DNA of 64,000 nt from Bacteroidota bacterium. GTDB lineage: Bacteria; Bacteroidota; Bacteroidia; Flavobacteriales_D; Crocinitomicaceae. The notes below the pieces were generated by a model. That model was not told the DNA's origin and did not search any database. It saw only the letters and a list, made by a program, of their open reading frames with translations. The position numbers and the translations under genes are program-made. The DNA is taken from contig JBEEPQ010000005.1 of NCBI GenBank assembly GCA_041191025.1, positions 210,204 through 274,203 of the forward strand, written 5' to 3'. Each line of letters begins with the position of its first letter. The stretch's first letter is position 1. Positions 1 through 10,511 of the stretch are shown one piece after another.

Positions 1-548
1 TTTCGCTCATTTTTTGTCTTTTTTTCCTTGGTAGTTATTCGGCTGGATTCGGACAAGTGATTAAGGACAGCCTTACGGTCGTTCCAACCGATAGTCTTGT
101 TAAGCCACCGAAAGATTCAACCGTTGTTAATGATAAGGTGGCATCCATTATTTCGTTTGCTAAAACGTTTTTAGGGACCCCATATCATTGGGGCGGCACA
201 ACACCATCAGGCTTTGATTGCTCCGGTTTTATAAATTATATATTCGGTTCCTTCGGTTTTTCTTTAGTCAGAACAAGTTATAGCCTTGCGGAGTTAGGCG
301 AAACAGTAACCTTGAGCGAAATACAACCCGGGGATTTGATGTTTTTTAGGGGGAGTAGCAATTCGGGTGGAGTGGGTCACGTTGGTATGGTGATTGAAGT
401 TACCCCAGATGCCATTAATTTTATTCATTCCTCGACCAATAAAGGAGTGACAATTAATAATTTCAAGACAAGTAAGTATTATATTTCCCATTATGTGAAG
501 TCTAAACGCCTAGATTACGGAGTTTCAAAACAAGTTAAAAAGAATTAA
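1..548 (+). CDS. NlpC/P60 (C40) cell-wall peptidase, probably 5'-partial
   Basis: Motif GTPYHWGGTTPSGFDCSGFINYIF plus a downstream GHVGMV His. The frame stays open to the window edge and reads like a signal peptide (LIFCLFFLGSYSAG), so the GTG at 57 is probably not the true start. Confidence 0.85.
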   Translation, partial: SLIFCLFFLGSYSAGFGQVIKDSLTVVPTDSLVKPPKDSTVVNDKVASIISFAKTFLGTPYHWGGTTPSGFDCSGFINYIFGSFGFSLVRTSYSLAELGETVTLSEIQPGDLMFFRGSSNSGGVGHVGMVIEVTPDAINFIHSSTNKGVTINNFKTSKYYISHYVKSKRLDYGVSKQVKKN

Positions 549-549
549 A

Positions 550-1236
550 ATGAATTTTGATCGTAAAACATGGCTTTTTATCGTCTTATCCGGTTTGTTC
601 ATAACGAACGCGGTTACCGCAGAATTGATTAGCAATAAGTTGATTTCAATTCCGATTCAAGGCGATTTCTTGGGGCTTAAGTTTGGTCCATTTGTTACTG
701 TGATTGGTATTTTACCCTGGCCTTTTGTGTTCTTACTCACAGACCTCTTAAACGAATTTTATGGGTACAAAACCGTGAGAAAGCTCTCATGGATTACTTC
801 GGGTTTAATTTTATATTGTTTTCTAATTGTGGGTATTTCACTTCAAATTCCTGCAGTTGAATTGCCTGGCAGTTCACTGGCCGATGATGAGTCTTATACC
901 ATGGTTTTTGGTCAAGCCCAAATGGTTATCGTAGGAAGTATTATCGCATTTTTATTATCCCAGCTCATGGATGCTTATTTGTTTAGTTGGATTAAATCGA
1001 AAACAGGAGATAAATACATTTGGTTGCGCAGCACAGGAAGCACAGTGATTTCTCAATTAGTAGATTCCTATGTGGTGCTTTTTATTGGATTTGTTATCAC
1101 AGGGAATATGAGTTTTCAAGATTATTTAGTAATCGCTCCAACAAATTATATCTTGAAGTTGTTAATTGGAGTAGCGTTAACGCCATTAATTTATGCAGGT
1201 CATTTCTCCGTTCGCAAATATCTTTCAAAAGCTTAA
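550..1236 (+). CDS. yhhQ: VUT/YhhQ-family queuosine-precursor transporter
   Basis: Polytopic 228-aa protein with YhhQ-like blocks ([29 protein letters not shown]). Confidence 0.7.
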   Translation: MNFDRKTWLFIVLSGLFITNAVTAELISNKLISIPIQGDFLGLKFGPFVTVIGILPWPFVFLLTDLLNEFYGYKTVRKLSWITSGLILYCFLIVGISLQIPAVELPGSSLADDESYTMVFGQAQMVIVGSIIAFLLSQLMDAYLFSWIKSKTGDKYIWLRSTGSTVISQLVDSYVVLFIGFVITGNMSFQDYLVIAPTNYILKLLIGVALTPLIYAGHFSVRKYLSKA

Positions 1237-2242
1237 ACAACTGTTTGTATGCGCCTTGGTTTTACAATTAAATGCCTGTTCATTTTCTCAATCTAATAAC
1301 CCGATGGATTCAACTGAAGAACTCGAAAAATTTGGAGATAAACTTCTCCCTAAAAATGTTTGTCATGTAATCAAAGAAGGTGGAACAGAGCGTCCCTTTA
1401 CTGGAAAATATGTGTACCACAAAGCCAATGGAACGTATTGTTGTATTGGCTGCGATGCACCTTTATTCTCAAGTACAACGAAGTTTGATTCTGGTTCCGG
1501 CTGGCCAAGTTTTTATGATGTTATTGAAAGTGGTTCTATTAAAGAAGTCAAAGATCTTTCCTATGGAATGGAACGGATTGAAATTCGCTGCGCAGCTTGT
1601 GATGCACACCTTGGACATGTATTTGAGGATGGTCCAAAACCCACAGGGTTAAGGTACTGTGTTAATTCTGTTTCCTTAGATTTTAAGCCAGTAGAGGATG
1701 GTGGTCAACAGGAGGAAATCACACTTGGGGCAGGATGCTTTTGGTGCGTAGAAACCTGTTTTCAAGAATTAGAAGGAGTTATTGAGGTCTATCCAGGATA
1801 CGCTGGAGGGAAAACCCTGAATCCAAGCTACGAGCAAGTTTGCAGTGGGACAACAGGTCATGCCGAAGTTGCTCGAATTGTGTTTGATCCTAAAATGATC
1901 TCTGTAAATGAATTGCTTGAGTTGTTTTGGTGGATTCATGACCCTACGCAATTAAACCGACAAGGTAATGACATTGGAACACAATACCGCAGTGTAATTT
2001 TTTATCACAACGAAGCCCAAAAAGAAATTGCTACCACGTATCTAAAGAAGTTAGAAAAAGAAAAAGTTTGGGATAAACCTATTGTAACTGAAATTACCGA
2101 ATTGAACAATTTTTATCGTGCAGAACAGTATCACCACGATTATTTTAATCAAAATCCAGAAAATCAGTATTGTCAGTTTGTAGTTAAACCCAAGGTGGAA
2201 AAATTCAGAAAAATCTTTAAAGAAAAACTGAAAAACAACTAG
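1193..2242 (+). CDS. msrAB: Bifunctional methionine sulfoxide reductase, MsrB-MsrA fusion
   Basis: N-terminal SelR/MsrB motifs (CxxC pairs, GWPSF, RYCVNS). C-terminal MsrA motifs ([19 protein letters not shown]). Signal/lipobox-like N-terminus; exact start uncertain because it overlaps yhhQ. Confidence 0.9.
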   Translation: MQVISPFANIFQKLKQLFVCALVLQLNACSFSQSNNPMDSTEELEKFGDKLLPKNVCHVIKEGGTERPFTGKYVYHKANGTYCCIGCDAPLFSSTTKFDSGSGWPSFYDVIESGSIKEVKDLSYGMERIEIRCAACDAHLGHVFEDGPKPTGLRYCVNSVSLDFKPVEDGGQQEEITLGAGCFWCVETCFQELEGVIEVYPGYAGGKTLNPSYEQVCSGTTGHAEVARIVFDPKMISVNELLELFWWIHDPTQLNRQGNDIGTQYRSVIFYHNEAQKEIATTYLKKLEKEKVWDKPIVTEITELNNFYRAEQYHHDYFNQNPENQYCQFVVKPKVEKFRKIFKEKLKNN

Positions 2243-4842
2243 CGTACTAAGGTCACATGACCTACTTCCATGATTTTCTCGTCGTTGTTTAAGGTCTTGA
2301 AAACTATTTTCCAAGTATAAACACCATCCGGCGCTCTTCCGCCTTTTTTACCGGTAGAGCCATCCCAGCCAAATTTCACATTGCGCGTCTCGTAAATTAG
2401 TTCGCCCCAACGGTCGAAGATATACATCACAAACTCATATGGATCATATCCAGAAAAGAACACTGGTTTGAATGATTGGTTGAATTGATCCCCGTCAGGT
2501 GTGAACGTATTTGGTACCCAGTAAATTACCTCCTCGCCAGTACAATCTTCCAGTACTTCGATTAAAAGGGTGTCACTTCCAAGGCAACCTGCATTGTTTG
2601 TTCCGGTTACTATCAATTCATTGGTTCCAATACCTGGCATATAGGCCATTCCATTACCCACAGGAACATTCCAAACATATGAATTAGCCCCGGTTGCGTT
2701 AAGTTGAACCGCGTTCCCAAAACATACCACTTTGTCAGGGCCAGCATCAACTTCAGGGCTCTGTGATATCGTGATTAAAAAATTATCAATTCCAGGACAT
2801 ACCGCTGCCGGAGAGGTATAAGTCACTAAATAACTACCAATTGATGATGTTGATAAATCAATGTTCCCGGTAACGGGGTCAATGGTTATACCTGGACCTG
2901 CGCTTACTGTACCTCCCAAGGTTCCGCCAATGGTAGCAATTGGATTGGGATCGGTTAAACAATATACAGAATCAGGATATGTGATGGTTGCCGGTTCAGG
3001 GCCTGTGTAGTTTCCTGTGAACGGATAGGTACAGCCCGCATCGTCTGTAATGGTAAATCCAAACGGACCAGAAGCAGTAAGATTGTTCATTATGATATTA
3101 CCGCCATTTGTCGTTGTGTTAACTGCAAATCCTGCACTGGCTGGGACAGGATTTGATCCTGTGAACTGCGTTCCATTTAACGAAGGCGATCCTCCAGAAA
3201 CAGTTATTGTAGCCGTAGTGTTTGCACAGTTTGATGTATAGGTTGTGGTGACATCCGGTAAGTACTGAACCGCAATTGGATCACCAAGGTCATAACATTG
3301 CAAGGCAGGTAATACAACATAACTGTAGATTCCATTCACAATACTGTACATAGTAATCGGAACGAAATACACCGTATTATCTGTAAAAGTTCCTGCAGGG
3401 AATGAATTAATGAAAGATAAGTCATTTACATCGGTCAAGTTTCCATCATTGGTAACTACCCCAACAAAACATGGATCATCCGGAATGTCTAAGCCTTGTT
3501 GATTAGCTAGTACGGGCGTTAAGGCAACCGTTGGTGGACACGAATAGGCTAGCCAAACAATACCTGGGTCATACGGCGGTGCCGTAGGGTCATAATTCGG
3601 ATCGTTTGGATTCGTCGCTCCAAGGATTTCAGCAGGAACACTGAAGTTATTATTCGTGGTAATACTGAACTGATCACCAAAGCAAACTTTGTTTATTGCA
3701 GGCATCCCTTGAAGTGTGGTTGTAAATGTTCCCATCATTGCATTGCAATTACATTGGGGAGGGGTAGGGTAGGTCAAGGTTGCTGTACAGCTGGGGTCAG
3801 CAGAAAACGTAGCAGTAACCACACAGGTATTACCGTTGGCCGTACCTGTTAAACTAAAGTTGGCTGAACCACCAAAAGGTGCATTGAACACTTGTGAGCC
3901 TCCACATGAGTTAGATAAGGTTAGGGTTCCTGATGCTGGCGCATTCGTGAAGTTAATTGTCCCTGTAATTGTATATTGATTGGTTGCCGGGTCACAGTTT
4001 GTAATGTTTCCTGTAAAGTTTCCAAATGAGCATGGCGTGGCATTGCAGGGCGCGGGTGCCGTATAGTTTTGAGAAGTATTACAATTGGCATTAGCAGAAA
4101 ACACTGCCGTGACCAAACAATTAGCTCCATTGGCATTTAAACCCGTTAGGTTGTAATTAATTACAGTACCAAAAGGAGCATTAAACACTTGAGGTGCACC
4201 GCCGCAATTACTACTTATCGTTAAGGTTCCAGAATTTGGCGGGTTATTTATGTTTAAGGTGCCACTTACAGAATAGAGGTTATTGTTGCATGGGCCAGGA
4301 GTTGCTGTGAACCCTGTAACCCCACATACGAAAGAACAATCAGCCGAACCCGTTCCACCCGTTTGAGAAAAACTTATGGTACCAGGTTGATTGGCATAAT
4401 TGGTTAGTAATAAAATGTAAAATTGACCTACTTGCGCATTTGGTATAACTGCAGTTTCTTGAGCTGCCGTAGAATAACTGCAATCTATTGGAGAACCAAC
4501 AGGAAAAGTCCCGCCACCGCAACCCGCGGCTAAGGAGTTAAATGGACCCCACAAGGCAAAGTCTACATCAATCCCTGAACCAGCAGCCGTTTGCTGACTT
4601 ATACTAATGGTCATTGGACCGTTTTGGTCGATTTCCATGAAGTACCAGACAGGATTCGGCGAGCTTCCTAGGCATCCAACAGAACCTAAATCTTGTACGT
4701 TAGTACTGTTTGGAAAAGAATAATTGGTTCCGGTGCAAAACGGATTCGCCTGGTTGCATTGTGCCTGTGAATTGACAAGTAATCCAAATAGAAAAAATAA
4801 GAGTAGGATATTCTTCAAGGCTTGGATTTTTGAGTTAGCCAA
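2239..4842 (-). CDS. Large secreted Cys-rich repeat protein with T9SS type B (gliding-motility-associated) C-terminal domain
   Basis: Signal peptide. Tandem GTLT(I/L)[12 protein letters not shown] modules. C-terminus [21 protein letters not shown]...[10 protein letters not shown]...WDG...GVYTWKI is typical of type B sorting domains. Confidence 0.8.
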   Translation of the reverse strand: MANSKIQALKNILLLFFLFGLLVNSQAQCNQANPFCTGTNYSFPNSTNVQDLGSVGCLGSSPNPVWYFMEIDQNGPMTISISQQTAAGSGIDVDFALWGPFNSLAAGCGGGTFPVGSPIDCSYSTAAQETAVIPNAQVGQFYILLLTNYANQPGTISFSQTGGTGSADCSFVCGVTGFTATPGPCNNNLYSVSGTLNINNPPNSGTLTISSNCGGAPQVFNAPFGTVINYNLTGLNANGANCLVTAVFSANANCNTSQNYTAPAPCNATPCSFGNFTGNITNCDPATNQYTITGTINFTNAPASGTLTLSNSCGGSQVFNAPFGGSANFSLTGTANGNTCVVTATFSADPSCTATLTYPTPPQCNCNAMMGTFTTTLQGMPAINKVCFGDQFSITTNNNFSVPAEILGATNPNDPNYDPTAPPYDPGIVWLAYSCPPTVALTPVLANQQGLDIPDDPCFVGVVTNDGNLTDVNDLSFINSFPAGTFTDNTVYFVPITMYSIVNGIYSYVVLPALQCYDLGDPIAVQYLPDVTTTYTSNCANTTATITVSGGSPSLNGTQFTGSNPVPASAGFAVNTTTNGGNIIMNNLTASGPFGFTITDDAGCTYPFTGNYTGPEPATITYPDSVYCLTDPNPIATIGGTLGGTVSAGPGITIDPVTGNIDLSTSSIGSYLVTYTSPAAVCPGIDNFLITISQSPEVDAGPDKVVCFGNAVQLNATGANSYVWNVPVGNGMAYMPGIGTNELIVTGTNNAGCLGSDTLLIEVLEDCTGEEVIYWVPNTFTPDGDQFNQSFKPVFFSGYDPYEFVMYIFDRWGELIYETRNVKFGWDGSTGKKGGRAPDGVYTWKIVFKTLNNDEKIMEVGHVTLVR

Positions 4843-5189
4843 AGCCGCTTCTCTTCCGTAAGAAGCCGTTTATGTTTTTTCGCCCATTTGAGGACGATTT
4901 CTTTGTTATCATTGAAACTTAACTCGTTTTCGTATGCTGGGAAATCACGAGGGATTTTCCCCTTTTTAAAACAAGTTTGCAGCGTTTTGATGTCCAAAAT
5001 ATATCGATCTGCAGCCGGACTGCGATCACCGCTCATGCCAAAAATAACCGGTATTTCATCGTGTATTGTTGGTGTGGGGTTAATTAGATGAGTAGGTGTA
5101 TTGAACCCTTTTATTTGATTAGTACTTTGTGCTTCTACATTGGAAAATGTTAGTAAAACAACAGTGAGAAGTGCTAATTTGAATTTCAT
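4815..5189 (-). CDS. Hypothetical secreted protein
   Basis: Signal peptide MKFKLALLTVVLLTFSNVEAQ. No recognisable domain. Confidence 0.5.
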   Translation of the reverse strand: MKFKLALLTVVLLTFSNVEAQSTNQIKGFNTPTHLINPTPTIHDEIPVIFGMSGDRSPAADRYILDIKTLQTCFKKGKIPRDFPAYENELSFNDNKEIVLKWAKKHKRLLTEEKRLWLTQKSKP

Positions 5190-5295
5190 TTCGGTTCCTT
5201 GACGTCAAATATAAGCAAAAGTTGCCATCTTTGACGAATTTAAAGCATCTATAAACAAAGAGTAATTAACACGATTTATTTGAAATCTTAATCTT

Positions 5296-6282
5296 TTGGT
5301 AATTCAAGGCGTAACATATCATTTTCCTGATCGTCAAATTGACATTACACCGGCGAGTTTTGAGAATAAAAAGCAGTTTGATGTTCACCAAACCTTTGTT
5401 GGTACATCTAGGCTTTATCAGGCTTCCGAAGATATCACAGCAAGTGATTTAGCATTGAACGCAGCAATTAAGTTGCTTGTGGATGCTGATCTTAATGACA
5501 TCGATTTTTTAATTTTCTCTTCATTGACTTTGGATTATCACGCACCATCCACAGCAAGTATATTACATAAAAAACTGGGGTTAAAAGCCTCTTGTGGCGT
5601 TATGGATTTACCCCTTGGTTGTGCTGGTTTTACCATGGCACTGATGACGGCAAATGGCTTATTTAATACCATGAATCTTAACCGCGTCTTGGTATTATTG
5701 GGTGAAGTACCAACGCGTGCTGTTCATCCCGCAAACACTTCGATTAACTACGTTTTTGGTGATGCTGGTGCGGCGGTTATGTTGGGTAGATCAATGGATA
5801 AGCTGTGTTTTGAATTTGGAAATGATGGGGATGGTTTTTCGAGTCTGAATGTGTTAAGAGGTGGTGCTCGCTTCCCTATGGACATAGCCTATCTTGAGTC
5901 TAATCGGGATTACTCCTGGTTAAATCAATTTGGGGAAATGTCCATGGATGGTCATGGTATTTTAAAATTAAGTTTAACACACATTCCTCGTGCTGTATAT
6001 TCACTGTTAGATAAATCCGATCTCACACTGGATCAAATTGATCATGTTATTTTTCATCAAGCCAGTAACATCGTTATTGATGCGCTGCAGCGGAAACTAA
6101 GTTTACCGAAAGAAAAGGTTGTTAATTACCTGGCGGATGGCGGAAATACCATCTCTTGCGGAATTCCTATCGCATGGGCTAAAGCACAAGCAGATAAGCG
6201 GTTTAAGGTAGGGGATACCATTATGGTTTTTGGTTTTGGTGTTGGTTTTTCTTGGTGCGGAAGTATTTTGAAGTATCATTAA
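5296..6282 (+). CDS. 3-oxoacyl-ACP synthase III (FabH-like KASIII), copy 1
   Basis: Cys/His/Asn triad context: LGCAGFTMAL, HQASN, GGNT. TTG start. Confidence 0.8.
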   Translation: MVIQGVTYHFPDRQIDITPASFENKKQFDVHQTFVGTSRLYQASEDITASDLALNAAIKLLVDADLNDIDFLIFSSLTLDYHAPSTASILHKKLGLKASCGVMDLPLGCAGFTMALMTANGLFNTMNLNRVLVLLGEVPTRAVHPANTSINYVFGDAGAAVMLGRSMDKLCFEFGNDGDGFSSLNVLRGGARFPMDIAYLESNRDYSWLNQFGEMSMDGHGILKLSLTHIPRAVYSLLDKSDLTLDQIDHVIFHQASNIVIDALQRKLSLPKEKVVNYLADGGNTISCGIPIAWAKAQADKRFKVGDTIMVFGFGVGFSWCGSILKYH

Positions 6283-6305
6283 GTAAAGGTTAACTATCTT
6301 TGGGT

Positions 6306-6545
6306 ATGGAAATTAATGGATTTATTAACCACTTGACAGAAGAGTTTGAGGACCTGGGAGTCTTTGAATTAACACCTTCCACCGTTCTTAGAGATATTCC
6401 CGGTTGGAATAGCATGCATATTTTGCTTCTTGTGGCAATGATCGATTACCGTTATCAAGTGTTGTTATCGGGTGAACATTTGAAAATGGTGGTTTCTGTT
6501 AATGATTTATTTGAATTGGTGAAACAAAAGCAAGGTGAACACTGA
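6306..6545 (+). CDS. Acyl carrier protein-like
   Basis: About 79 aa and acidic, with GWNSMH in place of the canonical DSL phosphopantetheine site. Sits between two KASIII genes. Confidence 0.65.
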   Translation: MEINGFINHLTEEFEDLGVFELTPSTVLRDIPGWNSMHILLLVAMIDYRYQVLLSGEHLKMVVSVNDLFELVKQKQGEH

Positions 6546-7581
6546 AATTCATAATACACGGATTGATGCAGTGTATGCGGGGGTACCGGAACATGAAGTA
6601 TTCACCTCGGATTATTCCCTGTTTTCTCCCGATGAAGCGCGCTTATTTACAAAAAATACCGGCATTCATTCCCGGCGTGTTGCTCCGGATGGTGTGACGT
6701 GTTCTGATTTGTGTCACATTGCCGCCGAAGCGCTGTTAAACGATTTTGATGTAGCACATGAAATCGATTTGCTTATTTTTGTTTCTCAATCTCCAGATTA
6801 TTTTTTACCCGCTACTGCAATTCTCTTGCAAGAGCGATTAGGGTTAAGCGATGCGTGCATGGCCTTTGATATTAGTTTAGGTTGCTCGGGCTATGTGTAT
6901 GGTTTACAGGTCGTTGGTCAGTTTATTCAGTCCGGTGCTGTACGGAAAGCTTTGCTTCTTGTCGGGGATAAATCAACGATTTCTACAGCCTTTCAAGATA
7001 AGAGTACCTATCCCTTGTTTGGCGATGCAGGTACTGCGACCTTACTCTCGTGTTCAACGGATTCCAAGCCCTGGTTTGTAAATACTGGCTCGGATGGCTC
7101 AGGAAAAAATTCCATCATCATTGAGGGCGGTCATTCAAGGAATCCCTACGGGACTTATTCGGATGAGCTATTCGATTATAATGGTAATATGCATTCAAAA
7201 AGCCATCTGCATTTGGAGGGCCTGGATGTGTTTAATTTTGCGTTACATCGCGTCCCGCAATCGATTCAAGAAACGCTTAATGCTGCAAAAAAATCAATAG
7301 ATGATCTTGATTATCTTGTGCTGCATCAGGCGAATGGGTTGATTACAAAGACCTTAGCGAGAAAGCTTGGTGTGCCCTTAGCGCGCTGCTTAACTTCAAT
7401 TGAGGAGTTTGGTAATACGAGTTCAGCTTCTATTCCCTTGACCCTAGCGTGTCATGGGGATGAATTATATGGACGTAAAGACTTATCGCTCATTTTGTCG
7501 GGTTTTGGGGTTGGTTTTTCATGGGCCTCACTTTTTTTAAGTACCGACTTTCCAAAAACAAAACTTATTACATATGCTTAA
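6535..7581 (+). CDS. 3-oxoacyl-ACP synthase III (FabH-like KASIII), copy 2
   Basis: LGCSGYVYGL, HQANG, GNTSSASIP. GTG start overlaps the ACP stop. Confidence 0.8.
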   Translation: MNTEIHNTRIDAVYAGVPEHEVFTSDYSLFSPDEARLFTKNTGIHSRRVAPDGVTCSDLCHIAAEALLNDFDVAHEIDLLIFVSQSPDYFLPATAILLQERLGLSDACMAFDISLGCSGYVYGLQVVGQFIQSGAVRKALLLVGDKSTISTAFQDKSTYPLFGDAGTATLLSCSTDSKPWFVNTGSDGSGKNSIIIEGGHSRNPYGTYSDELFDYNGNMHSKSHLHLEGLDVFNFALHRVPQSIQETLNAAKKSIDDLDYLVLHQANGLITKTLARKLGVPLARCLTSIEEFGNTSSASIPLTLACHGDELYGRKDLSLILSGFGVGFSWASLFLSTDFPKTKLITYA

Positions 7582-8302
7582 GCTATCAGAAAAAAGGGTT
7601 TTGGTTACCGGTGTTTCTTCGGCTATTGGTGCCGAAATCGCACGTACCATCCTTGGACTAGGTGGTACGGTAGTTGGGACCTATCGTACCTCGGACTCTG
7701 TCCTTTTGGAGCAGCTTTCAATGCAAGATGGTTTTGAATCGTTTCACTGGGATGTATTTACTGAACCTCAGTTTCTTGAGGGGCAGCAAGGGTTTGATGC
7801 ATGGGTGCATTGTATTGGTGCTATTAACCCGCAGCCCATCAAATATTTAAACAAGGAAGGGAGTGAAGGGCTTTTTCAAGTGAATTATTTCTCGGCCTCA
7901 CGCATGGCTTCGTTGCTACTGAAGCAAAACTTGCTTCTTCCAAAGGCTTCCGTTGTGTTTTTATCTTCTGTTTCAAGTCATTATCCGTATCGTGGAGGAG
8001 CTGCGTATGCTTCTTCTAAAGCGGCCTTAGAAACGTTTGCTAAAGCGCTTGCCTTGGAGTTGAGTTCGAAGCAAATTCGTGTAAATACCTTGGTATGTGG
8101 CTTAGTAAGGTCGCCGATGTTTGATGCATCAAAAGCCTCATATTCCACAACTGAAATTGAGGCCATGGAGGCTAGGTATCCATTGGGGATCGGAACTCCG
8201 TCGGACGTAGCAAAACCTTGTGCCTTTTTGTTGAGCGACTACGCCGCTTGGATTTCAGGTGCACAACTGCTGCTTGATGGCGGGTTAATGTTGAATGTTT
8301 AA
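7574..8302 (+). CDS. SDR-family oxidoreductase (FabG-like ketoreductase)
   Basis: TGVSSAIGAEIA nucleotide-binding motif and YASSKAAL catalytic YxxxK. Confidence 0.8.
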   Translation: MLKLSEKRVLVTGVSSAIGAEIARTILGLGGTVVGTYRTSDSVLLEQLSMQDGFESFHWDVFTEPQFLEGQQGFDAWVHCIGAINPQPIKYLNKEGSEGLFQVNYFSASRMASLLLKQNLLLPKASVVFLSSVSSHYPYRGGAAYASSKAALETFAKALALELSSKQIRVNTLVCGLVRSPMFDASKASYSTTEIEAMEARYPLGIGTPSDVAKPCAFLLSDYAAWISGAQLLLDGGLMLNV

Positions 8303-8311
8303 CTTTAACCA

Positions 8312-9211
8312 ATGAACGATCAGGTTACCGTTGTTATACCAACCTTTAATAATGCCAAAGGCGCGATTGATTTAGTAAAGTTACTAGCGCTTCATTTTCC
8401 GGACTTACATCTCATTATTGTAGATGATGGGAGTGACGCCTCGCACTGGGATCAGCTCAAGGCTTTCTCTCAGGTTCCAAGGCTTAAAAAAATTCGCTTA
8501 GCGAAGAATTTTGGACAACATGCTGCCTTGTATGCAGGTATGTCACGGGTGAAAACCACGTACATGATAACTATGGATGATGATCATCAGAATTTGGCAA
8601 CACAGATTCCAGCCTTATTGGCTACCTTATCAGCGGGAGGTTATGCAGTAGTTTACGGCTTATTTACTGCACGTCGCACATGGCTTAGGTCGGTATTGAC
8701 GGCCACTTATCGTTCGTTTTCAAGTTTGGTGGGTGTGGGACATGGCAAGGGAAGTGGATTTCGCTTGTTGCGAAGTGATTTAGTTCAGGCGCTGAGTAAA
8801 AATGCAGGTGGGGTTCAGTTTTTGGACGAACGCATTCGGTGGTTTACTGATGAAATTGGTTTCGTATCACTAGATGTTAAAGTTGAGTCTTTTAAGTCTA
8901 GGTATTCCTTAGGTAAATTGCTCAGTTTAAGTATTGGGAAGTCCTTTTATGCCACGGATTTTCCCTTGAGGTTTATGGCGGTTTTTGGTGCCTTAATGGC
9001 CTTGGTTAACCTTGCAATTGGATCGTTCTTTTTATATAAAAAATTAATAGATAAGATTGAAGTTCCAGGGTTTACCTCATTGATTGTTAGCGTGTTGTTT
9101 TCTACTGGTTTATTGCTTTTTGGCTTAGGGATTCTTGCTACCTATTTGCGTCAAATTCTTCTTCGGGTGAATCACGCACCTACGTATCATATTCAAGAGA
9201 TTTTAGAATGA
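8312..9211 (+). CDS. Family 2 glycosyltransferase with C-terminal TM helices (ArnC/GtrB-like polyprenyl-phosphate glycosyltransferase)
   Basis: VVIPTFNN, IIVDDGSD, MDDDHQN, plus two C-terminal hydrophobic helices. Confidence 0.75.
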   Translation: MNDQVTVVIPTFNNAKGAIDLVKLLALHFPDLHLIIVDDGSDASHWDQLKAFSQVPRLKKIRLAKNFGQHAALYAGMSRVKTTYMITMDDDHQNLATQIPALLATLSAGGYAVVYGLFTARRTWLRSVLTATYRSFSSLVGVGHGKGSGFRLLRSDLVQALSKNAGGVQFLDERIRWFTDEIGFVSLDVKVESFKSRYSLGKLLSLSIGKSFYATDFPLRFMAVFGALMALVNLAIGSFFLYKKLIDKIEVPGFTSLIVSVLFSTGLLLFGLGILATYLRQILLRVNHAPTYHIQEILE

Positions 9212-9810
9212 TATTGACTGGATTTGGGGTTGTCTTAAAGCGAATTACCAGGGACGATATTGAGCAAATTAGGTGTTGGAGAAATCAGGATTTCGTTAGG
9301 GATCAAATGTTTCATCGCGAATTGATAACGGAAATACAGCAAGAGGCTTGGTTCGATTCTGTAAACAACCGCTTTAATTATTACTTTGTAATTCATGTGG
9401 ATGAGCTGCCAATTGGACTTATCTATGCCAAAGAAGTGAACCCTGAAACTATGGTTGGAGAGGGTGGGATTTTTATTGGAGAACAGGCATTTTTAACGTC
9501 CGATTCACCGGCCAGAGCCTCAATGCTCCTTTTGTATTTTTGCTTTAACAAATTGTTATTAAATAGTTCATTAATAAGGGTTAAGGAAAGTAATTTGGTT
9601 GCGATTCGGTACAATGAACTCCTTGGGTATGTGGTTCAACAACGGTCTGGAGAAGAAATTTTACTAAGCCTAACTAAGGAGGATTTTCATCGTTCAAATA
9701 TGGTTTCACGCGTCCTTCGTTTATTGGAGACCGAGTCAATTCAATTAAGAGGCTTACCTTCTGAAAATAATTTGGAGCAACTCAATGCCTTGCTGGCATC
9801 AAATCGGTAA
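9208..9810 (+). CDS. GNAT-family N-acyltransferase
   Basis: GNAT-like fold signature (LKRITRDDIEQIRCWRN..., IGLIY...GEGGIFIG). ATGA overlap with the GT2 gene. Confidence 0.6.
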   Translation: MILTGFGVVLKRITRDDIEQIRCWRNQDFVRDQMFHRELITEIQQEAWFDSVNNRFNYYFVIHVDELPIGLIYAKEVNPETMVGEGGIFIGEQAFLTSDSPARASMLLLYFCFNKLLLNSSLIRVKESNLVAIRYNELLGYVVQQRSGEEILLSLTKEDFHRSNMVSRVLRLLETESIQLRGLPSENNLEQLNALLASNR

Positions 9811-10488
9811 GCAGCGCTTTTCGAAAGCCTCATTCCAAGTGGATTGTGAAGCCAAGGAGAGAAGAAACGGGTCGTCCAAATTTGCTATCTTAAATTGACT
9901 GATCTCTTCAGCAGAGTAGCCCCATAAGGGGTTTGGGATGTCAAACATTAATACAATTCGATCTTCGCTGCTGTGATTCCAAGCGCTGTGTTCATAGGAG
10001 TCATCGAAAATAATCATTTTACCTGGTTGGTGATATTCTATCTGGTTTCCAACCCGAATTGCGCATGCATCGCCCTGCGGAACGATAAAGGGAAGGTGCC
10101 CTCGTAAAATCATTCGTGAATACCCTCGGTGGGGCATAATGGTCGTGTTCGGTTTCATGCGCGAAAAGTCACACGAGATCAGCTCGGGGATTGAATTAAT
10201 AAGTGCTGCTGTGGTTGGGCAAAGTGTTTGATTGTACGGGTGATTCATTCCGAAAAACTTGAACGTAAACACATCCCATGCGGATTCTTGTTCACTTTGA
10301 ACATACTGTGGGAAGGTCTTAAGCCAAGATTTTGGCGTGTTTAAGGTTAGTAACTCAGTAAGTTCCTTTGTTATTTGTTCGAAGGAATCCGTTAATGGGC
10401 TTAAAAATTCGAACGTACTGCTATCATAAAAAAAGCTTGGATTCTTTGAGTCCTTCATTGGGATAAAGATAGAATTTTTTTCAGTCAA
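9799..10488 (-). CDS. Aspartyl/asparaginyl beta-hydroxylase family (LpxO-like) Fe/2OG dioxygenase
   Basis: HRGYSRMILRGHLPFIVP...IFDDSYEHSAWNHS...IVLMFD matches the Asp_Arg_Hydrox pattern. Confidence 0.8.
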   Translation of the reverse strand: MTEKNSIFIPMKDSKNPSFFYDSSTFEFLSPLTDSFEQITKELTELLTLNTPKSWLKTFPQYVQSEQESAWDVFTFKFFGMNHPYNQTLCPTTAALINSIPELISCDFSRMKPNTTIMPHRGYSRMILRGHLPFIVPQGDACAIRVGNQIEYHQPGKMIIFDDSYEHSAWNHSSEDRIVLMFDIPNPLWGYSAEEISQFKIANLDDPFLLSLASQSTWNEAFEKRCLPI

Positions 10489-10511
10489 CTTCTCGTTGTA
10501 AATTTGACCTA

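Noticed and set aside
549-550. preQ1 riboswitch expected upstream of the yhhQ-type transporter
   Set aside because: The transporter starts 2 nt after the upstream stop, leaving no room for a riboswitch.
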